Shown here: one piece after another, positions 11,097 through 25,572 of the stretch | Layout: each line of letters opens with the position of its first letter | Position numbering within the stretch: the first letter of the stretch is position 1 | Assembly (NCBI GenBank): GCA_038087875.1 | Contig: CM075977.1 | Span: 368,280,001-368,344,000, forward strand | Length of the DNA stretch: 64,000 bases | Direction: 5' to 3' | Source: Malacoraja senta | Lineage: Eukaryota | Made by a program: the position numbers and the translations under genes | The notes under the pieces: generated by a model | The model's input: the letters and a program-made list of their open reading frames with translations, nothing else | Database searches by the model: none | What the model was told of the DNA's origin: nothing

Positions 11097-12932
11097 GTAT
11101 AGTTGGGTATGTTTTCTTTATGTAAAGAATTATTTTTTTCCTCAGCAGCTTGAAGTAACAAGCAATATTGTAAAATATGTTACTAGCTCTGAGTCACCAT
11201 CAACTCAGAACATTAACTGCTTGCACTAAACATTATTCACGTTATTCCCTTTATCATGTATCTGTACACTGTGGATAGCTCGATTGTAATCATATATCGT
11301 CTTTCCGCTGACTGGTAAGCACGCAACAAAAGCTTTTCACTGTTCCTCGGTACACGTGACAATAAACTGAACTAAATTTAACTTAGAAATGATTGTCAGG
11401 TATAATGTATTTCAAATCTAATTAGGATCTTATTATTAGTTTAGTTTTCTATCAGAGTACATATGCAGACTTTCAGAAAGAAATTTGATCTATTTTGAAA
11501 AAGATAATAAAGTATTGTTATCGGAAAAGATCAAGATGTGGGAAGAAATGAGACCATGTCCGAGCGTTATTTTAGTGCAGTAAACTCTTTCTACGCTAAT
11601 TCCTACTCTCTTTCTTTGGGCCCAGTGTTCAATCGTGAACTAGTTTTGCCCTCCCTCTCATGTCTCTTCCTCTAATACCAATGTCTGATCCCTCTCTACA
11701 GCAGGCTGTGATAGTATTGTTTCTCCCACCCTCACTGCTGTACACCTTCCCCATGGCTGCAGCCTTGCATCTAATCTTTCCTTTTCTTTGTCCATTTGGA
11801 ATGAAAATGGATCATCTTTTGTTTTCTGTTTCTTTTGTAGGATGCCATTCATCCCTTCATATTACCCTTCTTCAATCTTTGGCGTCTTGAGGTTTGCCTA
11901 CAATCTCTGCTCCTTTGTATGTCATACCTCATTCTTTTTTTCAAACTTTAGGTAACTCTTCACATCAACTTTGATCGTCACCTTGAAATCCTTATTTTCT
12001 TTTTTAGAAATTGGTAACATTTCATTCCAAGAAGTTATCTCATTCTTATTGAAACTTGTAATTAAATGTATCTTATGGCAAGCAATTTCAAATAAATATA
12101 CTCTTTTTCTATCTGGAATGTATTCATATACTTAGCAAAACACACTAGGCAAAAGGATTTAATAATCCCTGAGAAACTAATTATGGTATTTGACTAAAAA
12201 AATGACTCGGAGAAGTTTATAGTTTTGAACTCTGCATGAATTATCGGCAGCAGCAGGCTGATGGATTTTTGAAACCTCCTTGATGCATGAATTTCCCATT
12301 GCTATCCACATCCAGTTTTCTAGATGTGAGATGAGTCAAGCTTTTTGAGTGTGTACCCTTTGATGCCCATTAACTTCAGCATTACCAAGGTACCTCGATT
12401 GAATTGAATTGAATTGAATACTTTGTTGTCATATGTGACAAGTCGCAGTGAAATTCTTTGCTTGCGTACCTTGATGCAAATTGTCCCCACATAAAGGCCG
12501 TTGACAAAGTTACAAATATCCCTTGCCAGGTTCACCCTTGTTCTCTCCCACACTCTCCCCCACCCTCCCTCACGGCAGTTCCCCCATGCCGGTCCTCCTT
12601 TGTTCTTGGTACGATGAAATATTGCCTCGATGTCAAGGGCAATCACTCACCCTGCTTTTGGAATTCAGCTCTGTGATCCATGCTCAGATCAAGTCTGTGA
12701 TAAGGTCTGGAACACGGTTGTCCTGGCAAAATCCAAACTGGGCAGCGATAAATACGTTATTCATAAATGATTGGGGGTAATTATTAGGATTGAATTTATC
12801 CTCCTTTTTTATAAATGGGATGTACCTGGGCAGTTTTCCACATTGTTGGGTGCCAACATTGTAACTGTACTGGAAAAGTAGCAAAAGGAGTGGCTAGTTC
12901 CGAAAAGCAAGTGCACACTGATGCGTTGTCTC

Positions 12933-14017
12933 ATTCAAGATTCAAGATTCAAGAGAGTTTATTGTCATGTGTCCCAGATAGGACAATGAAATTCTTGCTT
13001 TGCTTCAGCACAACAGAATATTGTAGGCATAAATAAATACAGAACAGATCAGTGTGTCCATATACCATTGAATATATATATACACACATAAATAATCAGA
13101 TAAAGTGCAATAGGCTATTAATGTTCAGAGTTTTGTTTGAGTTGAGATTAATAGCCTGATGGCTGTGGGGAAGTAGCTGTTCCTGAACCTGGATGTTGCA
13201 GATTTCAGGCTCCTGTACCTTCTACCTGAAGGTAGCGGGGAGATGAGTGTGTGGCTAGGATGGTGTGGGTCCTCGATGATACAGCCAGCCTTTTTGAGGC
13301 AGCGACTGCGATAGATCCCCTCGATGGAAGGGAGGTCAGAGCTGATGATGGACTGGGCAGTGTTTACAACTTTTTGCAGTCTTTTCTGCTCCTGGGCGCT
13401 CAAGTTGCCAAACCAAGCCACGATGCAACCGGTCAACATGCTCTCTACTGTACACCTGTAGACGTTAGAGAGAGTCCTCCTTGACAAACCGACTTCACAT
13501 CAGCGCCACTTCTCTGGAAGTAGAGGCGCTGATGTGCTTACTTTATAATTGCATCAATGTTCTCGGACCAGGAGAGATCTTCAGAGATGTGCACGCCCAG
13601 GAATTTGAAGCTCTTGACCCTCTCCACCATCGACCCATTGATATAAACGGGACTCGGGGTCCCCATCCTACCCCTTCCAAAGTCCACAATCAGTTCCTTG
13701 GTTTTGCTGGTGTTGAGAGCCAGGTTATTGTGCTGGCACCATTTGGTCAAACGGTCGATCTCACTTCTATACTCTGACTCATCTCCATCAGGGATAAGTC
13801 CCACAACAGTGGTGTTGTCAGCGAACTTGATGATGGAGTTTCCACTATGACCGGCTACGCAGTCATGAGTATAGAGTGAGTACAGCAGGGGGCTGAGCAC
13901 GCAGCCTTGAGGTGCACCCCTGCTGATTGTTATCGATGCTGACACATTTCCACCAATACGGACAGACTGTGGTCTGTGAATGAGGAAGTCGAGGATCCAA
14001 TTGCAGAGGGATGCGCG
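12933..14017 (-). mobile_element. Rex1/Babar LINE, 5'-truncated
   Basis: ORFs read [29 protein letters not shown] and RFRNSYFPTAIRLL. The 3' end is ATGACAATAAA plus a (CTTGAAT)n tail. Confidence 0.85.
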
Positions 14018-16249
14018 GGGATTCTACATCTTCAGTGCTACAGAGAACATAAAATGGTACAGCCCAAGAATGTCTGTGCCAAACATGATGCCCAGTGAAA
14101 CTGATCTCATCAGCCTGTACATGATCCATATCCCTCTATTCCCTGCACTTGCATGTGCCTATCTAAAAGCCACAAATGCCATTAGCGTATCTGACTCCAA
14201 CACCACCCCTGGCTTTAAACCCAGTTTCCCACCACTCTCCGTTTTACAAACATTTGTCTCACACAACTCAGTTAAATGTTCACCCTCTCACCTTATAGCT
14301 ATGCTCTCTAGTGTTGGACATTTCCACCCTGGAAAGAGGTTCTGACTATCTACCCTATCTATGCCTCCCATAATTAAATATACGTAGCAAATCACCCCTC
14401 AACCTCTGATGTTCCAGAGAAAATAATTCAATTCTATCCAATAATTCAATTCTATCTGTTGAAACCCTCTAATCGAGGCAGCATTCTGGTAAACCTCCCC
14501 TGCACCTTCGCAAAAGCCTCTGCTTCTTTCCTGTAATGGGGCAAGCAAATCTGCACGCAATACTCCAAATATTCTTTGCCATTTCTTGCTATCTCGTGAT
14601 TGCATAGAATTAGCCAGAAACTAGTTTCTGTGATCGTGGGAAGTCAAGATTGATCATCTGTTCAGTACTTGTAAATGAACATGCTTTTGCGTTTGCTTTT
14701 GCTGAAAGCAAATGCTTTTAGAATCTAAATGCAGGGTGCATGAATGAATGGTATAATTGTATGAATGGTATAATTATATTGAGTTATTATGCTTTTATAA
14801 TGTTCTTTGTGGCATAACTATTGGTTCAGCCGTGGATGTCATGCGAAATAACACAAAGTGCTGGAGTAATGTGGCAGGTCAGGCAGCATCACTGGAGAAC
14901 ATGGATAGGTGACGTTCCAGTTCGGGACCCTTCTTCAGACTGAAGACAGGAGAGATATAACTTCCTTGCTCTTATTCAAAATATTGTATTTGCATCTTTT
15001 ACGTCCATATTAACGAAAGAAGAATTTCATGGGCAACTATATGGATGCATCATGGAAAATTAATGTGCTGGTACAGCAAGAAATTGGGAAAATGAGGAAG
15101 GCAATTATTGGAAGAGCAATTATGCTTTGCCTTAATTAAATTGAGCCATCACCTAGATTTTTGTGCACTGTTCTGGTTTCTCAACCGAAGAAAGGATATA
15201 CTTGCAACAGAAGGTGCAGTAGATGTGTTTCACGAGATTGGTTGCTATCAGGGAGGGATTGTCTTGTGAGCAGAATAATCAGACTGGGATTATACACTTC
15301 AGGCGTTAGTAGAATGGGACGTGATTACATTAAAATATACAAAATACTTACAGGACCAACCTAGGTAGATTCAGAAATAATGTCTTCCATCACTGGGATA
15401 TATAGAATTAATACTTTGTCTCAAAATAAGGCGTTTGCCACCCAAAACTGAAATTAGAGGAGTTTTCTTCAAGAAAATAATGAATGCTTGAAATTCTCAG
15501 TACAAGAAGGTTGAGGAGGCTCAGTTGCTAAGTATATTCATGACAGATTGATAGACATTATTAAATCAAAGCAAATAGGTTAGTATAATAAAGTGGCGGT
15601 GAGGCAAAATATCAGCCAGGATTTTACTGAACCCGGCATTAGTGTCAGCATGGCACTGCTCCAGCTTCTGTTTCTACTAAATCGGACACGGAATTAAGGT
15701 GGGAGGGGCAGGTTTTAACACAAACCTGAGGGGCAACCTTTTCACTCCGAGGGTGGCAAGTATATGGAATCAGCAGTCGGAGGCCGTAAAGAAGGAAGAT
15801 AAGACAGGTACTAAAAAAGCATTTAAAAAACACATGGATAGGAATGGTTCAGAGTGATATGGGCCAAGTTAGGCCAATGGGACTAGATAAGATGGAACAT
15901 CTCGCTGTATGATTCTATGACTCTAAGAAGAGTCCGCAGAAGGCCTGTTCGACGAACAAGTACAAAGTGCTGGGTCATGTTTAGTTTTAGTTTAGTTTAG
16001 AGATACAGCACGGAAACAGGCCCTTCGGCCCACCGGATCCACGCCGACCAGCAATCCCCGCATATTGACACTATCCTACACACACTAGGGACAATTTGTT
16101 TTATATTTACCAAGCCAATTAGCCACATACCCTTACGTCTTGGAGTGTGGGAGGAAACCAACGATGTCAGAGAAAACCCACTCAGGTCACAGGGAGAATG
16201 TACAAACTCCATACAGGCAAGCACCGGTAGTCGGGATCAACTAAACGTA

Positions 16250-17014
16250 AGGGGCTGTCCCACTTGGGCGACCTAATCTGCGAGTTTAAAAGAGTGTCTT
16301 CGACCTTCAAACTCGCAGCATGGTCGACACGTGGTCCTAGGAGGTCCTATGAGGTCGCTGGAACTCTCCTTCATGCTCGAGGAAAGTTCCTGAATACTTG
16401 CAGCCCCTAGGTCGTGGAAAATTTGTCAGCATGTTGAAAATTTTCTCGAGTAAATTTTGGGTGGCATGGTTCTTTTGAACTCATAGTGCAGTGGAGTGGG
16501 GTCGCTATTTAGTTACAGGCAGTCGAGGGCAGCCGTAGGCAATCTCCTTTGCTGACCGGGCATTTTGTTTGGCTCATTGGAGTTTTCAGGACCAAGGAAA
16601 ACCTACCGGTAGGTAAAATGCCTGCTAAACTTTATTATACTTCTTAAAAGTGTCTCCACTCCTTCTCCCCCCCCCTTCTCCTCCCCCCTTCTCCTCCCCC
16701 CTTCTCCTCTCCCCTTCTCCTCCCCCCTTCTCCTCTCCCCTTCTCCTCTCTCTAAAGGACTTACCTTTACTGTGCAGCCGTTTTACCTTCCTCTTCATCG
16801 CGGGTGTGAATTTCAGACAGCGCTCCCCCGCTTTCCCTGACCCCCGTCTTTGCGATGTGTTTGTGTGTGTGTGTGCGGTCGGTCGATCCAGCTGGCGGTT
16901 TCAATGTAGACGGTCGATCCAGCTCGAGGCTTTCCAGGCGAGTGCCCTCGAGCTTGAAGGTCGAAGACACTCTTCTTAACTCGCGGATTAGGTCGCCCAA
17001 GTGGGGCAGCCCCT
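16250..17014. mobile_element. PIF/Harbinger-type MITE
   Basis: ~65-bp imperfect TIRs starting AGGGGCTGTCCCACTTGGGCGACCTAATC. TSD is GTA/TTA (1 mismatch). Confidence 0.75.
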
Positions 17015-18764
17015 TTAAAGTTCTTAGTGGATAGGACAGGCTAGATGCAGGAAAAATGTTCCCGATGTTTGGGGAGTCCAGAACCAGGGGTCACAGTTTA
17101 AGAATAAGGGCCATTTAGGACTGAGATGAGGAAAAACTTTTTTCACGCAGAGAGTTGTGAATCTGTGGAATTCTCTGCCACAGAAGGTAGTGGAGGCCAA
17201 TTCACTGGATGTTTTCAAGAGAGAGTTAGTTATAGCTCTTAGGGCTAATGAAATCAAGGGATATGGGGGGAAAAGCAGGAACGGGGTACTGATTTACTGA
17301 TCAGCCATGATCATATTGAATGACAGTGCTGGCCCGAAGGGCTGAATGGCCTACTCCTGCACCTATTTTCTATGTTTCTAAACAACCTGACAGTGAACAT
17401 GCATATAAAAGAGAAAAGTAGTTGAGAATAAGTAAAAGTAATTCCAGGGTAGCAGTGATGATAGCAATTTGGATGAACTAAACAGGAAGGAAAATATACT
17501 TCAGTGTTAAGGTCAGAAGTGGGAATACTGCACCACACAGTGAATAAAGGAAGACACAGGAGATCTGTGTTGTACCAAGTATGTACTGGCCGGTTTAAAT
17601 TCAAACATGAAACAAGCAAGACATCCAAAGACAATTTTACAAGGGCATTACAAAATGAAATTTGATACTGGGATATGTAAGGAAGCAGAAGAGTTGACGA
17701 TCAAAAGCTAGATCAGAAATGAGGGCTTTAAGGAGCGTCTGAAAGTAAGAGCAGTAAATGCCGACAGGTTTAAGACATTTTAATCAAAATCAAGGTTGCT
17801 TGCCACTGATGGCAACAATGCCCCGCTGAGTGCCTCCATCTGTTTATTTTTTCACTCCAGATTCCAGTATTTGCAGTCTCCAGGGTCTCCCTTTAACTGC
17901 TCCGGCTGTGAATTTTCTTCACGTTGGCTTTGAAGATGTTATTCTCTCTTTCGAAGTGGAATTCTGTGAGACCCCTCACTGTCCTCTCCTTGTTGCTTCT
18001 ATTGTTGTTCTGTTCTTCAACAATGTTCCCTCCAAGACCATAAGACATAGGAGCAGAATTAGGCCATTCGACCCATCGAGCCTGCCCCACTTTCTAATTT
18101 TCCCTCTCAACTGATTTTTTCCCTGTCAACCCAAGATTCGATACTGCAGCCACATGACTTTCCTCAGTACATTTGCCTGCCTCCATCTTGTCCCTCGTGG
18201 TTGTCAGTTATGGCTTCAGCCCTTCCAATTTGGTCTCAGCTATGATCTCTGGTGCGTACAATCAATTCACTGCTTCTTCCAACACTTTTCACCCTGCACC
18301 CTATGGTCGACTATCTACCATTTCTGCCATGCATGAGTACCTTCTGACCCTTTCTTTCTCTGTCTCATACAGCTGTGGACCTGGATTGTTCAAATATGTC
18401 ACAGTTCGCAATTCATCTTCATCCTATGCCAGATCCACTCCTTCAGCCATTTTCTTCATTTTCCTGCCCATCACAAAGGTCAGAAACTCCCCTGGCTCCA
18501 GGCCCCTGATGTGCCACGACGACCCTCTGATCGTCATCAGCTATGAACCTTACCATAACACCTTCCCTCTTTTGTACCCTTATCCCATCCCAGCCCCAAC
18601 ACTAGACTCTACCATTTTCCATTCCCTCTCTCTTCTGACCTCACTTTCCCTAACTCAGCTACAGTTTCCCCCTGAGCTCTTTCTCCCATTACCTTCTTCT
18701 GACCCCATCTCCAACCCCTAAAATGTTTTCACCATCAATCCCCCTCCCCCACTGACCTGTCCAT

Positions 18765-19278
18765 CTTGCTATTGAGAGAGTGCAGGTTTACAAGGGTAAT
18801 TCCTGGGATGGCGGGACTGTCAAATGCTGAGAGAATGGAGCATCTGGGCTTGTATACTCTGGAGTTTAGAAGGATGAGAGGGAATATTATTGAAACATAT
18901 AAGATTGTTGAGGGTTTGGACACGCTAGAGGCAGGAAACATGTTCCCGATGTTGGGGGAGTCCAGAACCAGGGGCCACAGTTTAAGAATAAGGTGTAAGC
19001 CATTTAGAATGGAGACGAGGAAACACTTTTTCTCACAAAGAGTTTTGAGTCTGTGGAATTCTCTGCCTCAGAGGGCAGTAGAGGCCGGTTCTCTGGATAC
19101 TTTCAAGGGAGAACTAGATAGGGCTCTTAAAGATAGCGGAGTCAGGGGATATGGGGAGAAGGCAGGAACGGGGTACTGATTGGGGATGATCAGCCATGAT
19201 CACATTGAATGGCGGTGCTGGCTCGAAGGGCCGAATGGCCTACTCCTGCACCTATTGTCTATTGTCTATTGTCTATTG
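18765..19278 (+). mobile_element. CR1/HER1 3' fragment
   Basis: ORF 18766-19179 is the CR1 C-terminus, followed by an (ATTGTCT)n tail. Related copies occur at ~17028-17380, 22586-22972, 49228-49862 (+) and 58026-58395, 61497-62068 (-). Confidence 0.85.
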
Positions 19279-21396
19279 ATGCTACCCAGATTGCCTTTAG
19301 CAGACACTATATGGTCTGACCTCACCATCAAATACCTGCACTAGCACATCAGTGAGTTCCAGGCCCAACATGATATCATGGAATGTCATGATAGCAAGGA
19401 ATCCTCACCTTCCACTCATAATCGTTTATATGACTCAATCACTCTTCTTTATATTGGACATCCACTTCTGGCCTTGTATCCTCCCTTGATCAACCACCTT
19501 GTCTTTTTCAATCTTTAGACTTTAGACTTTCGAGATAGAGTGCTTAAACGGGCCTTTCGGTCTACACCAACCAGCGATCGCCCCGTACACTAGCACTCTC
19601 CTACACACTGGGGACAATTTATAATTTTACCAAAGCCAATTAACCTGCACATCTTTGGAGTGTGGGAGCAAACCTGAGCAACCAGTGAAAACTCACTTGG
19701 TCACAGGGACACTCAAGGCAGCAACTATACCACTGTGTCACTCAGTCGTTCATCTCATCCATTCAATCTCACCCCCTCTGAACATTCAGCACTCCACTCA
19801 CTTGGCATCTAATCCAGGACACCTTACATGCCTTCCAACATTTTGACAAATTCCATTTCCTGGCCTTATCTTCAAGATGAATGCAGGAATGCAGATGCTG
19901 GTTTACAGAAAAAGACACAAAGTGCTGGAGTAACTCAATGGGTTAAGAAGTATCTCATGGGAACATGGAGAGGTGATGTTTTGGGCTAGGACCTTTATTC
20001 ACACTGATTGTAGTAGTGGGGAGAAGGCTGGAAGTAAAATGGGGACAGGGCAATGATAGGTGGATCTAGGTGAGGTGTGGTGGGTGGGGGGGGGTGTTGA
20101 TTAGCAGATGGGTAGACAAAGGCCAGAGATGGGAAGGAGACAGGTGGGACTAGTGTAGCTGGGACATTTTGGCCGGTGTGGGCAAGTTTGGCCGAGGGCT
20201 TGTTTCCACACTGTATCATTCCATGACGCTCTATGACTCTAACTAAACAAACATCAATCTTTCCCCCACCCTTTCCATCTATATCCCTTCTTCTGACTTC
20301 ATATTTTGTGCATCTTCTCTCCTTAGCCTTTTGTCATCTTCTCATCTCCTGCCTTTGTCTACCAATTGCCAAACACCCTCACCTGTACACACCTATTACT
20401 TGCCAGGTTTTGTCCCACCCCCCTACTCAAATAGTCTGAAGAAGAGCCACGATGTTTAAAATGTTGCCTGTCCATGTTCTCCAGAGACTCTGCCTGACCT
20501 GGCTGATTTACTCCAGCACTTTGTGCCTTATGCCATATCTTCAACATGTAAGTCCTTATGTTCCTTCATCCACCATCAGGAAGGTTATGTTCACACTACT
20601 TTATGGAGCAGTGACCCAACCAGTTTTCCTCCATTAACACTTACATGACAAACAAAAGGTAGGCAAAACTAGGACCCATGCAAGTGCCCATCGGTTCCCC
20701 TTTGGTTTTTTGAAAGCCGGAGGATTCGAAAGCGAAAAAGTTAATGGTGTGAACATGTTTGCTCACTCATGTAGATGAGGCCACATTGAGAGCATCAAAT
20801 ACAAAAGAACAGGTTGGGGGAGGTGCAGGTGAATGTCTGCCTCACCCGGAAGGACTGTAGATATAGAGCTTTTTTACGAAGGTAGGAAATGTTAAAGCCA
20901 TGGAGATATTTTTACTGGGTGTCATTAATAAAGAGTATGGATGGGAACCATATGGAACTTCTTTGGGTCCAGAAAAGATGTTGTGCTCTGGCAACCACAC
21001 ATTCCTTGGCATGAGATTAATCTGAATCTAATCTGGATGTGCCAAGATGATCAGAGATCCATCTGCCATTCCAGCCATTGAGAAATGATGACACTTCACC
21101 TTGCTTTGCTGTTTAGGTCTTATAAATTGGACCGCTATTTATTTGACCTATCCCCCCCCCCCCCCCCCCCCCCCCCCCCGTTTGATCTTGCTGGCATGGG
21201 TGACTGTGCCATAAAAGTAGTGGAACACCAAGAGCATTTTTGATCTCTATTATGTCAGCAATGCAGTCAAAAGAAAAGTTACATACGTTGGTGTCTACGT
21301 CAGCAAGCATTGCAGTCTTCTTATCCAGTCCACATCACACAATTACACATTGTTCAGCCAGAGCTGAATACACTTCTCGGCATCTGCATACAATGG

Positions 21397-21522
21397 CGTC
21401 TTGCGCTTCTTGTGCCTCTTGTGCTTCTTGTACATCTTGTGCCTCTTGTGCTTCTTGTGCTTCTTGTACATCTTGCGCTTGTGTTTCTTGTGCCTATTTT
21501 GCTTCTTTTGCTTCTTGTGCGT
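21397..21522. repeat. 9-bp tandem repeat (GCTTCTTGT)n with variants
   Basis: About 14 degenerate units, with variants gcctcttgt and acatcttgt recurring. Confidence 0.85.
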
Positions 21523-23830
21523 ATTGGGGGAAAGATTGGTGGAAACAGGGCCACAACGTGTGCCCTCTTTCCTTGACCCTAGCATTGGAGTGATGGGTGA
21601 ATACAATTCAGTGAGTTCAGAAATGGAAATAGTGGTTGGACGAACATGTTTCTGAAGGATAGAATGAAGAAGGTTGGCCTGGATTGCGTAAGAATAACGA
21701 TAAAGTGGATTTCAGCAGCAGGTGAAATACGGCAGGGAAAGGCAAAGGAGCACCCAAAAGCCAGACTTTACTTTTAGACTACAGATACAGTGCAGAAACA
21801 GGCCCTTCGGCCCACCAAGTCCGCACTGACCAGTGATCACCCCGTACACTGGCATTATCCTACACACGAGGGACAATTTACAATTTACAGATGCTATTAA
21901 CCTACAAACCTGTATGTCTTTGGAGTGTGGGAGGAAACCGGAGCATACGGAGAACACCCACCAAGTCAAGGGAAAACATACAAACTACATACAGACAACA
22001 CCCGCAGTCATGATCAAACCCGGGTCTCTGGCGCTGTAAGGCAGCAATTCTACCGCTGCACCACTGTGTCACCCTGGAGAGGACTTGTAGAGGACATTTC
22101 CTCTATATCCACTTTCTCACACAGGAGCAAGCATTTCCAACATTTCAGGCTTCCCTGGGATAGGGACATTCTTAAGGATTACTCATGTTCTTTCAGGGAC
22201 CAGTCTGGCAATTTCTTGCCAGCAATGCCTGTCTGGAGCATTGGAGAGTTTCCGTTGCCCCTTTGCACCAAGTTGCCTTTGATATATTCTTAAAACATCT
22301 TCGGGCCCTTCTGAACCTGAGGATTACTCTCCTATACTCAATCGGTTCCTTCAGTAGCACAATTGCTGAGAGGGTGTTGTTTGCATTGTGGCAGATACCC
22401 TCGAAGACATGGATGTTAACATTGCACCTGCAGTGCTGCATGTTGAGCGTACTGAGAATTAATAAAACATCAATAGAAAATGCAACTAATGTCAGTTTCA
22501 GCACAGCACTGCACAGGAAACTCTAACCCAATAACATTATATTCTATAAATCTCACAGTTGAAATTCACACTTTAATCTATCTAAAAGAAACATATCAAT
22601 TTCTTATAGGATTGGACAGGCTAGATGCAGGAAAAATATTCCCGGTGTTGAGGGAGTCCAGAACCCAAGGTCATGGTTTAAGAATAAGGGATAGGCCATT
22701 TAGGACTGAGATGATGAAAAGCTTCTTCACCCAGAGGGTTGTGAATCTGTGGAATTCTCTGCCACAGAAGGCAGTGGAGGCCAATTCACTGGATGTTTTC
22801 AAGAGAGAGTTAGATTTAGCTCTTTGGGCTAAAGGAATCAAGGGATATGGGGAAAAAGCAGGAACGGGGGTAATAATTGTGGATGATCAGCCATGATCAC
22901 ATTGGATGGCGGTGCTGGCTCAAAAGGCCGAATGGCCTCCTCCTGCACCTATTGTCTATGTTTCTATGTTTCACAGATAGTATCAGGGTGACTCACAATC
23001 TAATTTAACACCAAATAAAATGTTGCATGAACAATTTCTAGATTTTCATGTGTTTGACCCAGCAGGGATCAAGTCTTTGGCAATCACACAAAGAAAAGAT
23101 CATTCTGTATTAACATAAAACACTTTAACGTTATTTGCAATTCATGCCCTCGTTCTCAGCACAGTTTAGCCAGGATTACTCTCAGTTTTATCAATTACAT
23201 AAATATTTATCTTTTGAATTGATTATATATTCTAACAATAATTTAAGCTTTGGAACTTCAGCTGGTTGCATTAAAAAATTGTAAGATTAAACGAGAACTT
23301 ACCAGTTTGAAGTTTGATCTTTATTTTATGAGGAGTTACGTTGGTGATTACGTGAAGAAGACCCTTCAGGGCGCATGCGCGTCAATCTTCAAAGCAGCGG
23401 TATGAAATCACAGACAACACCATAATTGAAGTAACATATTAAGATGATCAACATGAGAACTACCATTATGACCTTTTTTCTATGAGAGAGGGTTGGGCGT
23501 GGCGGGCACGTAATCACCAACGTAACTCCTCATAAAATAAAGATCAAACTTCAAACTGGTAAGTTCTCGTTTAATCTTACTATTTTACTTCGGAGTCACG
23601 TGAGTGACTACGTGAAGATTTTAAAGCTCTGTGATTTTTATGCCGCAGATCAAAATCCCGGCTTCTCACTGCATCGATTGACTCTGAGTATCATCAATAA
23701 TGCTGTAAACATGACATTGCATATCATGCAAAAACAAAAGAGTTTTATTTTTGGTCATAAAACAACCAATAAGCCCTCTTAATGTAGGGGCAACAAACGA
23801 AACAGAATTAAACAGTATTGAAAACAGACT

Positions 23831-24792
23831 TTAAACAATAGCAACAGCACTCAATATTGAGTTGGCAAACAGCCCTCCATCGGCAATCGGCCGATGGTAG
23901 TATTGCTGAAACACAAGTTCATTTTTCCAACCTGCGGCTTTTAATATATGGTCGATGGGAACGTCCATCGCCCTGACCGCGGATGTTGCTACTGCGCTAG
24001 TGGAATGAGATGTAAACACATAAATGTTAATTCCTGCCTGAACCAACTCTTGCTTTATCCACGTTGAGATAGTCTGAACTGCCACTCTTTTATGTTGGCT
24101 TCTTGTAACTGACAAATAATCCTGTTTCTTCTTGTCTTAAAGCCCTTGTGGTTTCAATGTAATGTAAGAAATGTGTCCTTACACATAAACATGGAGCTGT
24201 AGGATATGCTGAGAACACAATCTTAAATCCTGTTACACCTGGCCTGCTTTGTTTGAGCAGGTCAGAAATATAAAACAGAACATTCTCTGTAGTCACTTCC
24301 ATTCTCTCGAACTGAAGTTTTTGCAAAGTCTGCACTCTCTGTACTGACACCAATGCCATTAGCATAGCCAATTCAGGAAAGTTATAGACGTGACAGGGAC
24401 CCAATGACGAAGCATGTTAAGAACAACGCTTACATCGCAGATTACCATATACCTAGGCTTAGGCGTTTTGGAATTAAAGATTCCTTTCATCAACCTAGAT
24501 ATGAGAGGGTGAGATCCTATACTTTGTGTCCGTGTACCTATTACAAGATATGCCGACAAAGCACTTCTAGCTGTATTGATAGCACTATAGCTAAGACCCT
24601 CATCATAATAAAGTGTAGATAAAACTCTAACACATTTTCAATAACTACAGTTTCATATTGAATATTCTTTTGAACACAATATTGTTCCCATTTTTTTACA
24701 TAAGTCATATACTGCTTTTGAGTACTCTTTCTCCAGGCTGCAGTGAGTATATCCACCGTTGGCCTAGAAAGTCCTCGACCTATGTAAGGCAT
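23831..24792 (-). pseudogene. DIRS tyrosine recombinase ORF, frameshifted
   Basis: Four overlapping ORF pieces. The HxxR motif reads HSTS; the catalytic-Tyr region YYHRP is retained. Confidence 0.85.
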
Positions 24793-25372
24793 TCTTACAA
24801 ACCTTCAAATTAACAGATCCATACGATCACATAACGGATGAACTTAATGCGTTACTGGATGCTCCAGCAAATTCCTACTGTTTGGAATCAACAAAAAGAG
24901 GTTGGATCGCTATCTGTAACATCAAAGGGAACCATGGTTGAATCGGGCAATTTGGTATCTCCAAAACCCCTGAAGCGGCATCCTGCTTGATTTTCTCAAA
25001 CACCGATCTATGAGGCAGAATGGTGGGAAAATGTACACAAACATATCATCCCAATTTAGTGAAAAAGCATCAATTGCCACTGCCCCTGGATCTGGTGCCT
25101 ATGAAACATATTTTGGCCTTCCATATAGAAGTACTATGTTCTTGAACACATCCTGGTTTCACATCCACTCTGTATTATGACGGAATTTTCGTGAGCTGCC
25201 ATCTGGTACTACATTAAGTTTCCCTGGCAGATAGATAGCTCCAATCCAAATATCTCTATCCCTACTCCAGGTCCAATTTTATTTGCCAACCTGTCACATG
25301 ATAACGATTTGATTCCACCCATGTGATTCATATCAGCAACTGCTGTAGTGTTGTCTATTTTGCACTGCACAT

Positions 25373-25572
25373 NNNNNNNNNNNNNNNNNNNNNNNNNNNN
25401 NNNNNNNNNNNNNNNNNNNNNNNNNNNNNNNNNNNNNNNNNNNNNNNNNNNNNNNNNNNNNNNNNNNNNNNNNNNNNNNNNNNNNNNNNNNNNNNNNNNN
25501 NNNNNNNNNNNNNNNNNNNNNNNNNNNNNNNNNNNNNNNNNNNNNNNNNNNNNNNNNNNNNNNNNNNNNNNN
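25373..25572. other. Assembly gap (200 N)
   Basis: Run of N. Confidence 1.

Noticed and set aside
15925-15975. Second HDV-like ribozyme (cctgttcgacgaa resembles the 3' part of the 6838-6891 motif)
   Set aside because: No P1, P2, P3 or L3 partners are present.
21343-21606. Protamine-like (Lys/His) or metallothionein-like (ASC)n ORFs
   Set aside because: All frames are opened by a stop-poor 9-bp repeat, and there is no supporting gene structure.
23831-25130. Prophage or bacterial integrase plus methylase (horizontal transfer)
   Set aside because: Both domains are normal parts of DIRS1 retrotransposons and sit in the canonical order between the ITRs.
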